Assembly (NCBI GenBank): GCA_013265495.1
Contig: MU058540.1
Coordinates: 2,195,696-2,259,695, forward strand
Origin: Vicugna vicugna
Lineage: Eukaryota
DNA: 64,000 nucleotides
Direction of reading: 5' to 3'
This document shows, piece after piece, positions 25,525 through 39,589 of this stretch (position 1 is the stretch's first letter; every line of letters begins with the position of its first letter). The notes beneath the pieces were generated by a model that made no database searches, had not been told where the DNA came from, and worked only from the letters and a program-made list of their open reading frames with translations. The position numbers were made by a program, and so were the translations under genes.

Positions 25525-27789
25525 GTACTGCATTTACAAAGAAAACAGACAATGAATGCATCCAGTAGAAAGAATAAAAATGTATTCGGGGTTATTTTTT
25601 ACTGACAGCAAGTAGAAATCCTTTAGTGTGATCATGGCAATTTGACAATATTATTAAGTTCAGTAAAGGTACATGGAAGATCAAATTCTACAGCTGCCTT
25701 TTCTACAGCTTCTAATTCATCTGGCTCCTTAAGTGATAGCGGAAAAAGCCCTTATTTGGTGTCCAAAAGGAAGTTACAGGTTCTCTCTTATTAAAATTTC
25801 TTGTCAGTTGTTAAAATGAGGCCTTCTATTTGTATGTGTTTTGGTTATTTCACCTTAGTATCATTGCCAGAATTCCTGTAATTCCACAGTTGTGATTTTA
25901 CAGTGTAGAAAATAATTCAGTTCTAGTCTGCTATTGCTTTAGGTGTATATATCGCTGAAAACCCAACTTTTGGGTTTAGATGGATGGATTGGAATTGCTG
26001 AAGGATTTTCCCTGCCGTTGTTTGATACAATCTATTCTATTTATTCTTGATAGGTGCATAGACAGCCTCATTAAAAATTCTTTCTACAGGAACATGTCTG
26101 ATTTCAGGACTACTCATCAAGGATCCGGTGAATGGCTGGCCAGTTATTCAGGGCAATATGTTTATGAATTTAATGGATTGCATAATTGCACCACTTTTTC
26201 CTTTGCCATTGTTGGTAGATAAATGACAGAATCTAGATCCAATTTCCTGTGTGGAAGTTGGCTACCCAACAGTCTCCTTGGTGCTTCGCAAGTAGAGCCT
26301 CAAGTTGCACTGCCTTGGCTTTCTGTAAATCAGTCCTGTAGCCGCTTCCGGAGAACACTGTAATCCCCAAGGCCCACTTGGTCCGTGCTGAACAAGCAGC
26401 TGTGACCCCAATCCTACCCCTCTTTTGCTTTTCAATATGACTTGAGGAATATGTAATGTCTAGGGCAAGTCTAGGAGAGGCCCATCCTAAAATAAAATTC
26501 ACAAAGTCTTTCCTCATTAAAAAAAAAAAAAGCCTCAAATACATTTCAATCATTTCAAAATTACAGTTAAAAACTTACATTATATAAGGAAATAGCAGCA
26601 GAGAATGGCTAATCCTAAACCAATTTAAAAAAAGAAAAGAAAAAAGCCCTCAAGATAAACAACAATGAAAAAAGTGCCATCCCATCCCTCCCCCTGGTTC
26701 TTATGTCCTGGGATTTCATTTATGACCTGAAGCCTCTGAGAAAATGAGAATGGCAAAGCCACAGGGGAAAATGGCTTCAAGGCTAAATTCTGGACAAGGC
26801 AAAGAAAAAGCTGTAAATAAAACTTGGGGATTGTTTGGAAGAGAATCAAGAACACTAGGACAGTTTCTCCTCAGATGGGAAATCTCTGAAACCCAGATCT
26901 CCTTTCTAGAGACATCCTGAACTCTTTAGTTAGAGGGCAATAAACTCAAGTGCAATGAGTAAAGTGCCAGCCAGGGATTAAAAAAACAAAAAACAAAACA
27001 AACAGCCAATCAAAGTAACTTTGTTGCTGGGCTATAGAAGACATGTAGGAAAGGACAGTTTGCAGAATATATGTGATTCTGAAGAAATTACTAGCCAATG
27101 GTTCCATTTTTGTTTCCATCAAAAATCAGACTGAAGATTCGAGGATCTTAGATTAAAGGATGAAAGAAATTTGACAGTGCTTTGAACAGTGATAAAAGGG
27201 TACCCAAATTTGGTGTTTATATAGCTCATTTACAAACGAGAGTAGCTTAAAAGTCGCAGGAAAAAATGTGAACATACAGAACAACAGAAACAATCCAGGA
27301 AGATGATGCAGCCTGGATACAGCAAGTTTAATGTCTCTGCTGAAGTAACATCCTTTCCCCTTCTCAACCTCATGCTGGCAACAGGAAATGCACTAGAAAA
27401 TTTGACTCTTAGAGTCAGTGAATAAAAGGATGCGCTCATACATCTTCATAGCTCTTTTTAAATAGGATGCTTATAATTTAAAGGATGTTCTAATGGAAAA
27501 ACAAGGGTACTGGGCAAGAGGCTGTTTCACATTTTAGTCCATTAGTCTTTGGCAGATCCCAATCAAGGCCAAATTCACCTATGATGCCCAATGGCTGTGT
27601 GGATATCCATAGGGTCAAGCAAGCAAACCCAAATGAACATGTTGGATTAAAAAAAAAAACACAAACAAAAAAACCAACCCTAGAAACCCTTGAACAAAGA
27701 GCGTCACCCTGAAAAGGGAAGAGGGAAATGCTTGAAAGGGAGGGGCGGAGGGCCAGCATGTCACCTCTGCTGTGGTGCTGGGCTGGGGC

Positions 27790-28062
<273 letters not shown>

Positions 28063-29516
28063 CTATAAAGAATCAAATTTTGCCATCAGAATCTAATCCT
28101 TCTCCATTCACAAAAGACCTCTCTTCTCTAATGCATTCCTTGGAACAAAGTGTCTCTATTTTTCATTAGGGCCTAAAAATTTTAAATAATTTTTTGCCCC
28201 ACCATTCCAGGATTTTTTTGTCCCAAATTGGGCAGGTGTATCAGGAACAAGGTATTCACTAAAATGAGTATTAAATGTCTATAAACTCAGCATGGCCTCA
28301 TATAGTGCCTCAGGGGCAACTTATCTCTACATAACCAAGAATAATTTGCTTGTACTCTTTTTTGGTGCTTGATCATCTAATAAATACTGCTTCAAAATAA
28401 AGCAGTAATTTAAAAATAAAGAGCTAAAACCACGTGGAACATGTATAAAAGCAAGAAAACTAAAAGAACAAATAAGCTTTTGGATACAGCTGCAATCACA
28501 CTTTAGTATTCTGGAATGTCAGCCTAATTTTTGCCTTCCTGAAGTGATAATTAAAAAAAAAACCACACTCAATTATCAATGACTTATTAAAGTAAATGCT
28601 GCTTTAAAATTTTTTTCTTACATGACACTTATTTGAAGTCTCTTCTGTGGGCAGTGAGTGCCTATTTAATTACCTATTTGGTACACACACGCCATTAGTC
28701 TGACTTTGCACAAAAGAAAGAACTTTTATGAAACACTTTACCATTTTCCTGCTCCAAACAGAAACATTAACAAATGTTTCTGAGGATGGTTGCCATCAAG
28801 TGTTGAGAAAAACGATTTTTCTCAGCAGTAGTGTAGAGGTTGTGAGGAAAAAGGGAACCACAGCAAAAAAAGGCCAGTTTTCTAGATCCTTCTAGGTAAA
28901 GTTTTCACATTTCATCTTTTAAATTTCATTTGGTGCGCATAAGAAAAACATATCTAAATATGTCAAAGTACATTACCATGTCAAAAATTTGAGGTGAGAG
29001 TTTTATATTTGTTTTCTTCACTAATAAAATAATAATGTAAACTTATGAAACTGAAAGTTAATTCACATGACTGATGTGTTAAAGTGACTGTGTTAGATAT
29101 CACAAGGTGACAAGGTGAGTGAGATGTAGTTCTCCCCTTAAAAAGCTTAAACTAAACCACTTGCCCTTTGCTAGAACTGCCTCAGCAAAATTTGCCCATT
29201 TTTCAAAAGTGCTTAGTAGGAGTCAGACTGTGCCAGCTACTATAAACATACTAATTTAATATAAAGTAAGTCTCATTTAGAAATCAGCAACCTGAGATTG
29301 TGTCAAAGACCACATGAATAGTGGGTTTGAATCCAGACAGTCTGGTTCCAGTCTCTGCTCTTAACCATGTTATTTACCTCTCTGCTGTATCACAGCTCAG
29401 CATTTAAGGTAGGACCATCCTATAGGTGTTGGAAAAGTGTACCCAGCTGTACTTACCTCTTCATTGTTAAACACTTTTGTTCCCTTAACGTCCAGGAACT
29501 AATACATTTATTTTAC

Positions 29517-29609
29517 CTTTTTTGGTGAAAAATTCCTTGGAATATTTTCCTGCCACAATGAGCTTGCGAGGCACCTTTCCCAGAAGTTCTATGATCAACG
29601 CAATGTGAT
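29517..29609 (-). CDS. SRPK1: SRPK1 exon 15 (canonical, '15B')
   Basis: 93 nt; (D)HIALIIELLGKVPRKLIVAGKYSKEFFTKK(G); catgcag acceptor and gtaaaa donor. Confidence 0.97.
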
Positions 29610-29795
29610 CTGCATGTTTCAAACATTTCAAGAGGGGGAAAAAAGACATACATAACAGGAGTAACAAATGCAGTTCTAGACATTGGCAGAAAGAGTAGCA
29701 TGCACACCTCCTTGTTAAGCATTTCAGCTTGCTTTCTGTCCTAAATAGTAAGACGAGGACTCTATCCATCTAATGGAGAATCCATAAAACCATTA

Positions 29796-30038
<243 letters not shown>

Positions 30039-32606
30039 TCAAGGACAAGCTGTAAAAGAGGTTTTTCTATCAATAGCTTTTTCCAGGACTAGCTGTTTAA
30101 CAGTAACTACAAATAAAACCAAGTATGGTCAAGGGGAGACTGGGAAAATCAAGAATTATTTCAGGTGGTTGGTTACCTGATAGTAGCTGGCAAGTCCCAT
30201 TCTGGTGTTTGGAGGCTTATCGACATTTTAATTTCTATTTTGTCTATATACCTAGGTTCAGGTGGGTTTTTCAGGTAAGGATAAAAAAAAAAAACTGTAC
30301 CAATATGCTTTAGACATTCTAGGACAGTTATTTATTTATAATACTGCTCTGGGCTTCAAGCAGTAATAGTATCACTTTATTTCAGAATGTTTATGACAAT
30401 TAAAGCACTCATTTATGATCAAGTTTTCACAATCACCTTGTAAAAGAGGCCAAAGATGAATACCCCATTTTACAGGTGAGAAAATGGAACTTCAGAGACA
30501 CTGGCCTACTTATAGCTACAGGGGTAATAAGAGCTACAACTCAAACAGAAACCTGTATCTCATCATGTCTAGTCCAGAGTTTTTTTTTAATTTAATAAGT
30601 CACACTTTAAAATAGCACAAATATTTAAAAATACAGTCACTTGAGGATCTGTAGGCCACTAAAATGTCATGTAGTGCCTTATAACGGTCACAGCATTAAT
30701 ATGGACTGTGAGCACTGCCAGGGAGGTGTGCAGTCTGTCACCAGATGAGTTTGGGACCAGTCAGCATCCACACTTAAAGGCAGATCTACTACTTTTTCTG
30801 CAGGTGACAGAAACTAAGAATACAAAGAGGTTTTAAAAAGTGATGCCTCTAAGGCACAAAAAAGCTTTTAAAAAATGACTTTAATCCTGTAGTTATAGAA
30901 TCATCAAGGTCAAAAGGAATCACTTAAAAACTTCCAATAATGTATCATATAAGGGAATAATACACTAGAGACATCCATTCATCTGAGAATTTATGAAGGT
31001 TTCAGGTCACATCTATTTCTCATGAAAAGGACTCAGTGGTATCATTTTAAAGTGGCTTTATGTTCATGAATTCACTATAACCTTTGGGCAGTTTTGACTG
31101 AATTTATTGTTTGGTAACAAGCATTTGGCTGCCAAAATATTTCTGTCAACTTTAGGCAGGACTTGCAAATAAACATCTTTGTATAAATTAATTATAAATG
31201 AGACTATAATTTGTCTTACTGTAAACTTCCAAGTGAAGTACTGGTTCTTTTAATATTTTCCCTATACTAAGGAATTATTTTCCCTTGAAAATGTTATTTT
31301 ACACTTAATTCCAACAACCTTTGACTTACCAATTAATCACAAGATTAATATACCTGTTAGGCAAAATTATCAAGTATTATTCCAAGATTTAGGGCTGTGG
31401 AATGTCACTAATAACAGAGGACATGCTACTTAGGCCCTAGTCCTACCATGACTTGTAACATACTATGTGTACACTAGGCAGGGAAAAGGGTTTGCCTTTT
31501 TCTGCTCTTTAGGGCCAAATAGTGGAAGTCTGAGGTTTTATTAGTATATTGACCAGCATAGGAGGGAATAAATTAGGATCTAAATATTTAGGGTAGAAAT
31601 GGTTCTCCCTTGTCCCTTACTTGGGACTTTTCATACTGATTTCAATTTTCAGATTGGTAGCATAAGATCCCACTCAATATAATCAAATCAGAAAGATCAA
31701 TGTAATTCTAGCCACTACATGAGTTCTGTACTATACACTATTTATAGTGAGTCTAGGGGAATAAAGAGAAAAAAATTAATTATCCTCACAAAAGGATATA
31801 GTAGGGCATTTCTAAAACAATGTAAGTCTATACCCCAAACTTACAACACAGGAAAAAAAAGAAAGCAGATAATAGGAAAAATCAAGTGTGTATCTAGGTA
31901 CTAATTATAGCATATTCTTAAAAGGGGCTTATGTACAGAAAATGTGTCCAAACTGTACCCACTAAAATAGGCGTTTGGCTATGGGAGTTAGTTAGCAGAG
32001 CATTTTTCAAACAATACTTATTAGGAATATCAGCAGGCCCTACTAACATTGCCTATAACATCTCAGAGGACCAGTCTGAGAGTTAGCACAAAACTTGATG
32101 TCCCAAAGAATCAAGTGAAGTAAAGGACATATTTTCCACACTGGGAGGGTACACTGCTAATGCTCTCTCAAAGTAATTCCCACTAATCCTGAAAACGAAA
32201 GTGCCAAAACTGTATAATAAAAGAAGGTAAGACATTTCTTTAGTAAAGTTTTTTTCTTTCACATTATCTCATCTAGTTATTTGGATGCCAGCATGATTTA
32301 AAAAAAAACCCATCACATATTTAGTGCCTGCTTTTACAGCCTCTCAGATAGAGCAACTGACAGCTTGGGCTTTTCCCACTGGCTATTCCAAATTGTAAAT
32401 CAATAATATTTTGTTTTTAAAATGGGATTCCAAATGTTAGTATCATTTAAAAAGAAAACTATATGTAACTTAAATTTTTAGAAAGGAGAAAAAATAACGT
32501 TAAATGTTGTAGAATTTATATAGACAAATAAGATACAGTCTCTGCATTCAAGTAGTGTGTTAATATATTAAAGTTACTGACTTTCAAATAAAGTTGGAGG
32601 CATAAC

Positions 32607-32744
32607 TGAGCAACAAGTTGATGAACAGGCAGATCCAAACTGGGTAAAGAATGAATCATTGACTTATATAAGGAATGAGCAACAAGTTGATGAACAGGCA
32701 GATCCAAACTGGGTAAAGAATGAATCATTGACTTATATAAGGAA
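32607..32744. repeat. Perfect 69-bp tandem duplication (2 copies)
   Basis: 32607-32675 is identical to 32676-32744. Confidence 0.95.
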
Positions 32745-32973
32745 GATAACTAGTGTTTTAGGAAAAAATACCTGGCAAATACAGGTTTTAGTTTAACTAA
32801 CTGTTAAACTTTTCTCCAATCCTTACATAGGATTCTTTAATATCTATTTAAAAAATATCTAGTATATCTAATACTTAATCTAAAATACCTTGTATTTCTA
32901 TCTTTTCTGGGATTTATATACACTTATGACACTAAAAAGACTAAGGCTCTTCAGTACTAATAAGTTGACGTTA

Positions 32974-33081
<108 letters not shown>

Positions 33082-34929
33082 CTAAGAAAAAGAGGAAAGC
33101 TCATGAAAGCAAAAAAAAAAAAAAAAAAAAAAAAAAACAAAAAAAGAAAAAAAAAAAAAAAAAAAAAAAAAAAGCCTTTGGGAAGTTTATTGCTATGTGG
33201 CTAAATATTCAGTTATTTTTTCTTCTTGGAAAAACCTGCAAATGATCATTAAAAAAATTGTCTAAGATTATTCCCAAAGAGCATTCCTTTCACACCTGTA
33301 CATGAATAAAAAAGAGCAAGAAAACTGCAGAACCTCAGTTAATATCAATATGTGGATTATCCCAAGCCCCTCCCCCAGCCCCTCAACGAGCAATTCAACT
33401 CTCTTGAGTTTCTCTTTTTGCTCAGAGAGGGGCATATCTAAGGTGATTCTAAGTTATTAAATTATTCATGAGATGAGCAGATCTTTTTTTTTCTTATGTT
33501 ATAATTTCACATGGCTAGATACTAAGATTCTGTCCCCAAAATCAAAACCAAAAAAAAAAAATTCAGATACTTTTCCACCTATGACTCTAGTATTTGGCAA
33601 AAAGTACATTTTTAAGTTTTGCTTTGGAAAGCACTCCCTGAACTGTCCCAGATAGAGTTCCCAACTCCTAGGTCTATAGAAAATCAGAAAAAGATTGAGT
33701 ATAAATGGAGTCAGGAGCCATTTATATTGACTAGCAGGTTAGCATTCACCAACCAGAAAAAGACACGTATCTCCTACAAAAAGAAAACCTCTTGTAAACA
33801 GTGTCTGAGAAGGTCTGAAAAAGTGATTTCCTTAGGAATAAGTGTCAAACAGTATGGAAGAACAGCATCTGAGTGATGGCTCTATATTAATTTTTCATGG
33901 ATTAAAAACATTTTTCAAAAAAAGCAAGTAATTTAACAGCAGTTTTAAAAAGGATCTTACTGATACAAAAAGTACAGTTACAAGTCACGTACTGGCCATG
34001 GATCAATTCTGGTGAGTCAATGGTACTAAGTAGCCCAGACAATCTCAAGGACTGTATGGTGTATTTCGTTGGGGCACATTCTCAGTTTAGACCCAGGTTT
34101 CCATCTTGGTGGCTTACCAATGTCACTTCCTGCAGTTTCATGACAGAATGGTCTGTCTCAAAAATGTATTACCTGGGCTGTACTACTGCCCAGAGCAAGG
34201 CCACAGAAGCAGAAATTTTAGGACTGTCTCTAAAATGTCAGGGATGCTATGGCTTCTTGCTAGGTAGGCACAGCTTATTTTACATGACAGCAGTTTGTTA
34301 CAAAACTGGACCACACTGATAGAGCAGATGCTTATTTTACCCTCTGATTATCCTGACGTTTACAGTCCCAAAGAAGAACAGAAACAAATTGTGATTCCTA
34401 TTCATCAAAGTTTGTCAATCTTTTCTGAAATCAGTACTTTAATTTTTCAGTCTCATAGTGGGGGTTCAGTGAAAATATTGAAATTAAAGTTAAAAAGTAG
34501 AAAATTTTCTAAAATTTTGAAATATTCTAAATTTTCCCACCTAGATGCTTACAACCAGTTAAAGTTCTCCAAGAGAACTTTATTTTTGGAACATAAAGTA
34601 GTTGCTAGTATTTATAATTTTACAAATAAGGTAACAGCAAAAACAAAACAAAACAAAACAAAAAAACACCAAAGACAAAAACAAACAAACCAAAACCAAA
34701 CCAAACCAAAAGATCACAACATCAGAACTGAGAAATAACAAAACACCTAGTTGAACACCCTTCCTTTACAGATGAGAAAAATGATCAAAATGGAAAGGCA
34801 AAGTCCATTCTAGAATCTAGAATCCAGGACTCCTAATGCCCACTCCTGTGCTTGTCTCACACTGACTGAAGAGCCTATTCTATGTCAGTTAGGGTCATGC
34901 TAACAGACACAGGCAACATCAGTTATTAA

Positions 34930-35255
34930 ATCCAGATAATGGAATGTTAGTGCTAAAAAGAAATGACCTATCAAGTCATGAAACAACATGTAAGAACCTT
35001 AAGTAAATATTACAAAGTGAAAAAAGCTAACCTGAAAAGGCCACATACTGTATGATTCCAACTATATGACATTCTGGAAAACGCAAAACTATGGAGACAA
35101 TAAAAAGATCACTGGTGGCCAGGTAATGGTTAGGAAGAGGGAGGGAGAGATGAAGAGGCAGAGCACAGAGGATCCTTAGGGCAGTCAAACTGTTCTGTAT
35201 GACACTATGATGGTAGATACGTGTCATCACACATTTGTCAAAATTCATAGGGTAT
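34930..35255 (+). mobile_element. L1M 3' fragment
   Basis: tactgtatgattccaactatatgacattctggaaaa...aaaactatggagaca. Confidence 0.7.
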
Positions 35256-36226
35256 GTGGAGAATTTAAAAACACCTTTTTGAAAATTAATTCTTAATATT
35301 CTTCAAAGAACATTCCATTCTTGTAACTGCCCTTCTAATTTTGTAGTCTCAATCACTAATGTGGCACGCAATCTCACAACATGTGAGACTGAAAGGGTCC
35401 CAATCTTTCCATCAATTAATTACACTGGATGAAGGATGATCCATCTCTCCAGGCACTTCTGATGTTACAAGATTTATTTCTACTGGCCAAATTTAAAGTA
35501 ACATTTCTATGTCTATTAGCAAAATTTGGGGGAATAAATGTGGCTCAAGTTTTCATGATATTGTTTCAAGTCAAATAAGTGCTTTCCCTTCCTGATCAAG
35601 AAAATTCCCACACATGAGCTGGTCCAAACAGGGGACAAGGTTAATTTCCCCCCTTCATCTTTTTGCCTTACTTCTTAAGCCTGCTATTGTAAATACTATG
35701 TTAAATGTCAAGCAGAACCTACTTGCCTTCAAGCAATTAACCCACTAATAATCACACCATAATAAATCAGATGCCACCTACAAATGAGCTATTTTGTACT
35801 TGGTGGCATCAGTTATTTTCTCTAGCAAATCAGTTCAAATCAAGTTAACACATAACTTTAAAGTATAGCAAGAAAGAAATGAGTTTATTCCAATGTTCTT
35901 TTATCTTGTGCACACAATACCAGACCATATTCACTTTGGACAGTCCTCCATCTTAAAAAACCACTTATATGCCATAACAAAATGATCTGTAAGGTCATGC
36001 CATGTTAACAGCATGGTTTTAATTTTATTATCTTTGGAAGACAAAATTTTTCAGGAATGTGAGAGTCAAGAAATCTATGACTCAAAACAGGATGGGGCTT
36101 CTAGTCTGTTCTTTCTCTCTCAAGTTTTCCCCAGAGTTGACTGTAAATATTAAATGTTAATTAAAATGCCAGTTTAACATGTTTCTGGTTTAGTTCACTC
36201 ATTTGATGGTCACAAATATTTATTAA

Positions 36227-36995
36227 GTACTATTGTTTAATAAAGAATTTGTTTGATCTGGTTCCCGTTTCCTGGGAGGGAGCCTCCTGGCTCCTGGAAT
36301 TTTCAAGTGATAAAAGTGCCTTTTGTTATCTATGGTGGGCCCCTCTGGACCACACTAAAGTCTATAGTAAAGCGGTGACTCATAGTGGACCCCTAGATTG
36401 TTTCAAGAGGGAGATTAGATGTGCCCCCAAGTTGGACAAGACCAACTGCACAATCTGAGGGTTGAAGCTTTGGTCAAAGAGTTATCATCCTGACTTCCCA
36501 ACCTCCCAGGAAGGGAAGGAGGCTGTTGATCGAGTTTAACCACATGACCAACAATTCCATCAATCATGCCTAAGTAATGAATTCTCAATAAAAATTTTGG
36601 GCACCTAAAGCTTGGATGAACTTCCCTGGTTGGTGATACACACTGATGTGCTGGGAAAGAGATGTGTCTTGACACAGAAGCTTCACCTCTGGCACCCTTT
36701 CAGGTCTTACTGTATTCATGTTTTCATCTGGCTCATCCCGATTTGTATCCTTTGTAACAAAATTGTAGTATTTTAACCCTTTCCTGAAGTCTGTAAGTCA
36801 TTCTAGCAAACTACTAAATCTGGAAGGATAGTGGAAACCTCCAATTTGTAGCCAGTTGGTCAGAAATGCAGGTGCCCTGTAGACCCCAGAGCTTGCAGCT
36901 GGTGTCTGATGTGAGGGTAGTTAGTCTTGCAGGAATGTATGCGTTTAACCTGAAGTCTGTGTTAACTCTGGAAGTTAGCATCAGAAGAGCATTGT
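36227..36995. mobile_element. MER21-like LTR
   Basis: tcaatcatgcctaagtaatgaa...caataaaaa...cttccctggttggtgatacac...aatttgtagccagttggtcagaa. Confidence 0.65.
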
Positions 36996-36997
36996 AA

Positions 36998-37089
36998 GGG
37001 GCAAGGGCATAGCTCAGTGGTATAGTGCAGGCTCAGCATGCATGAGGTCCTAAGTTCAATTCCTAGTACCTCCGTTAAGAAAAAAAAAA
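36998..37089 (+). mobile_element. tRNA-derived SINE (Vic-1-like, camelid)
   Basis: GGGG..GGGCATAGCTCAGTGG (A box)...AGTTCAATTCC (B box)...AGTACCTCC followed by an A tail. Confidence 0.75.
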
Positions 37090-37717
37090 TGCACGGTAAG
37101 CACCCACTCAAAATGTTGCAGGCCCTAAATCAGACACTTAACTATAAATAATAAACATGGTTCCTGCCAGTATGGCACTTATAACCAATAGATGAGAAAA
37201 AAGTAAACACACAATTACAAATTGAAGAATACACTCCACTTCAGAAAACAGTTAAGTTCCAACAGGAGGCTATCTGTGGGAAGCATTTAATATCAGCTAA
37301 CTGACCACTGAGCAGCTGCTTGCCAGAGACAAACAGCAGCTTATGAACCCAAGGGTGATTCAGTTTCACATCTTGTGAGGTACAAAGATGTCTGAGGAAC
37401 TGCTGAACTGTACAAAATGAGGCAGTTTCCAGGGGTTCCCCTAATCTGAAAATAGATAAGAGCTAAAAGGGCAAGGGTACCTGTAACCTCCTGATCAAAA
37501 GCAACACCACCTTTGAGCAGTCTTTTTCGATTTCCCCACCCCTGCCCCCCAAATCTGTAGTAAGAAACATTTGGTTCCTTCACCTAACAGGAATTTGGCA
37601 GGAACTAAATGAATCCTAGATGTTTATAACTGAGTTTTTGCATTCAGACCTCTCTAGACACAGGATTCAGAGGGCCAGTGATAAGTTACCAAAAAAAAAT
37701 TCCTTTTCTGTTTGTTA

Positions 37718-37915
<198 letters not shown>

Positions 37916-39589
37916 TTATTTTAAAATTCATTTATTCTAAAAAGCAATAATTATTATTGCTTAATAATGGAGATTAAAATGAATTTGTGGAAGTTTTCTC
38001 CAAAGTTTTCATTCAGCCAATTTCTTAAGTATCATTCTGATGCTATTAGTGCCAAATAGCATTTTTCTTAACACACTGTCTACTCCATATTATTTCTGCA
38101 AACATATGAGTCTAAACTTAATATAGATAAACACATTAGGGAATAACAACTTTTTAAGAAATTGAAAATGATTACCCCAAACAACATTAAGTTGTCTGTT
38201 TTTCTAAAATTAGTAACTTGTATTTCAACAAATAAATGACATCAATTTAGGTCCCATTCAAACTTTTCCTTGCTGTGTGTCCATTATGAGCAAATAAAAG
38301 ATGTAGGCTTCATGTTTTTTTAAGAACCTTACAAACACCACCTATAAAGATTTCTTGCCCTTATTCTCTGCTTCCCTCACCCCTCTAAGAACATCAAACA
38401 TGAATCTTGGAGAAACAAGAGATCATGTTGAGCACCATGTGGATGCAATCAGCAAAAGAGCTGAAGTTTTTTTAACACATAAACTGTATGGTGGAAAAAT
38501 CTCTACATAAAAGCAACAAAAATCTCTACATTAAGAGACACAGTGGACATAGTACCCAGTTTTGCATTCATGGATTTTATTTGGATCTTGTTTCAAACAA
38601 ACAAAATGAGAAGAATGTTTATGAGAGAACTGGCAAAACTGACTAAATATTTGATATTAGTGAATTGCCAACTTTTTTAGTTGTAGCAATGGCGTCATGG
38701 TTACCTAAAAATATACTTCAAAATAATGCGCAGTGATAACGGAGTGGAGATATAGGTGAAAATACACAGGCAATGAGTTGATAATATTGGGTAACATTAG
38801 TATAATGGCATGGGAGTTCATTCTGTTCTACTTTTGTATAGGTTTGAAATTTTCCATAATAAAAAATAATACAGAAAAAAGAAGCTTCAAATGAATCATA
38901 CATAAGAAACAAAATTCAGATAATATTAAAACATGTACAAATATGAAGCATGATTTTCTAACCCTATTAAAATTCAAAAACAAGGAACAGCATTTGTGAA
39001 CAGGGGAAATTAGGTAGAGAAAGCTTCACGTAGACAACCAGCATTGACCAGAGGTCTGAAGTGTACTGGACTAAGTCTGACCCCAAAAGAGCAAAAACAC
39101 ATCACAAATAAGGTACAGAAAGGCATCTGCTAGAGCCAAACACAGGTAATTGCTAGGTTGAAGAGTTCAGATTTTATCTGGCAGGTAAAAGTGAAGAGGA
39201 GAGTGTGCTGTAAGAAGACTGATAGGACAATGAGATAACCATTCCAGCCATCTTCTTCTGGTTGGTGGCCAGATTTAGGCTTCATATTGAACATATGAAC
39301 AATGGTTATGAAATAGGAAAGAGTTAAAACGAAGGACAGTCAAAGAAGCAATAAGCACAATTTAAAAACTTAATGGCTAGAAGTGGGAGACAGTAGGAAG
39401 AGTCAAAAGAACTTTGTGGTAGAGGCTGTCAACAAAAACAGGGATGGAGAGATGTAGAGAGGGAGGTGGTTTTAAAGGAAAACAATGGATTCAGATACCA
39501 AGTTTGAAGTGGAAATGTACTGCAGGTGATACATTTAGAAAAATGGACATGCTATTCGAGGGAGTTGTCTTTACTCATTGTGCCTCACT

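Noticed and set aside
32516..32728. ORF with a repeated peptide MIHSLPSLDLPVHQLVA
   Set aside because: A by-product of the 69-bp (multiple of 3) tandem duplication in an intron. Two adjacent copies without spacers, so not CRISPR-like.
34020..36030. Possible cryptic or poison exon, or intronic poly(A) site, in SRPK1 intron 13 (minus-strand donor-like motif near 34112, AATAAA near 35884)
   Set aside because: No convincing acceptor-donor pair or coding homology; such motifs are frequent by chance in AT-rich introns.
36998..37075. tRNA-Ala-like sequence
   Set aside because: Degenerate stems and an A tail; it is a SINE, not a functional tRNA gene.
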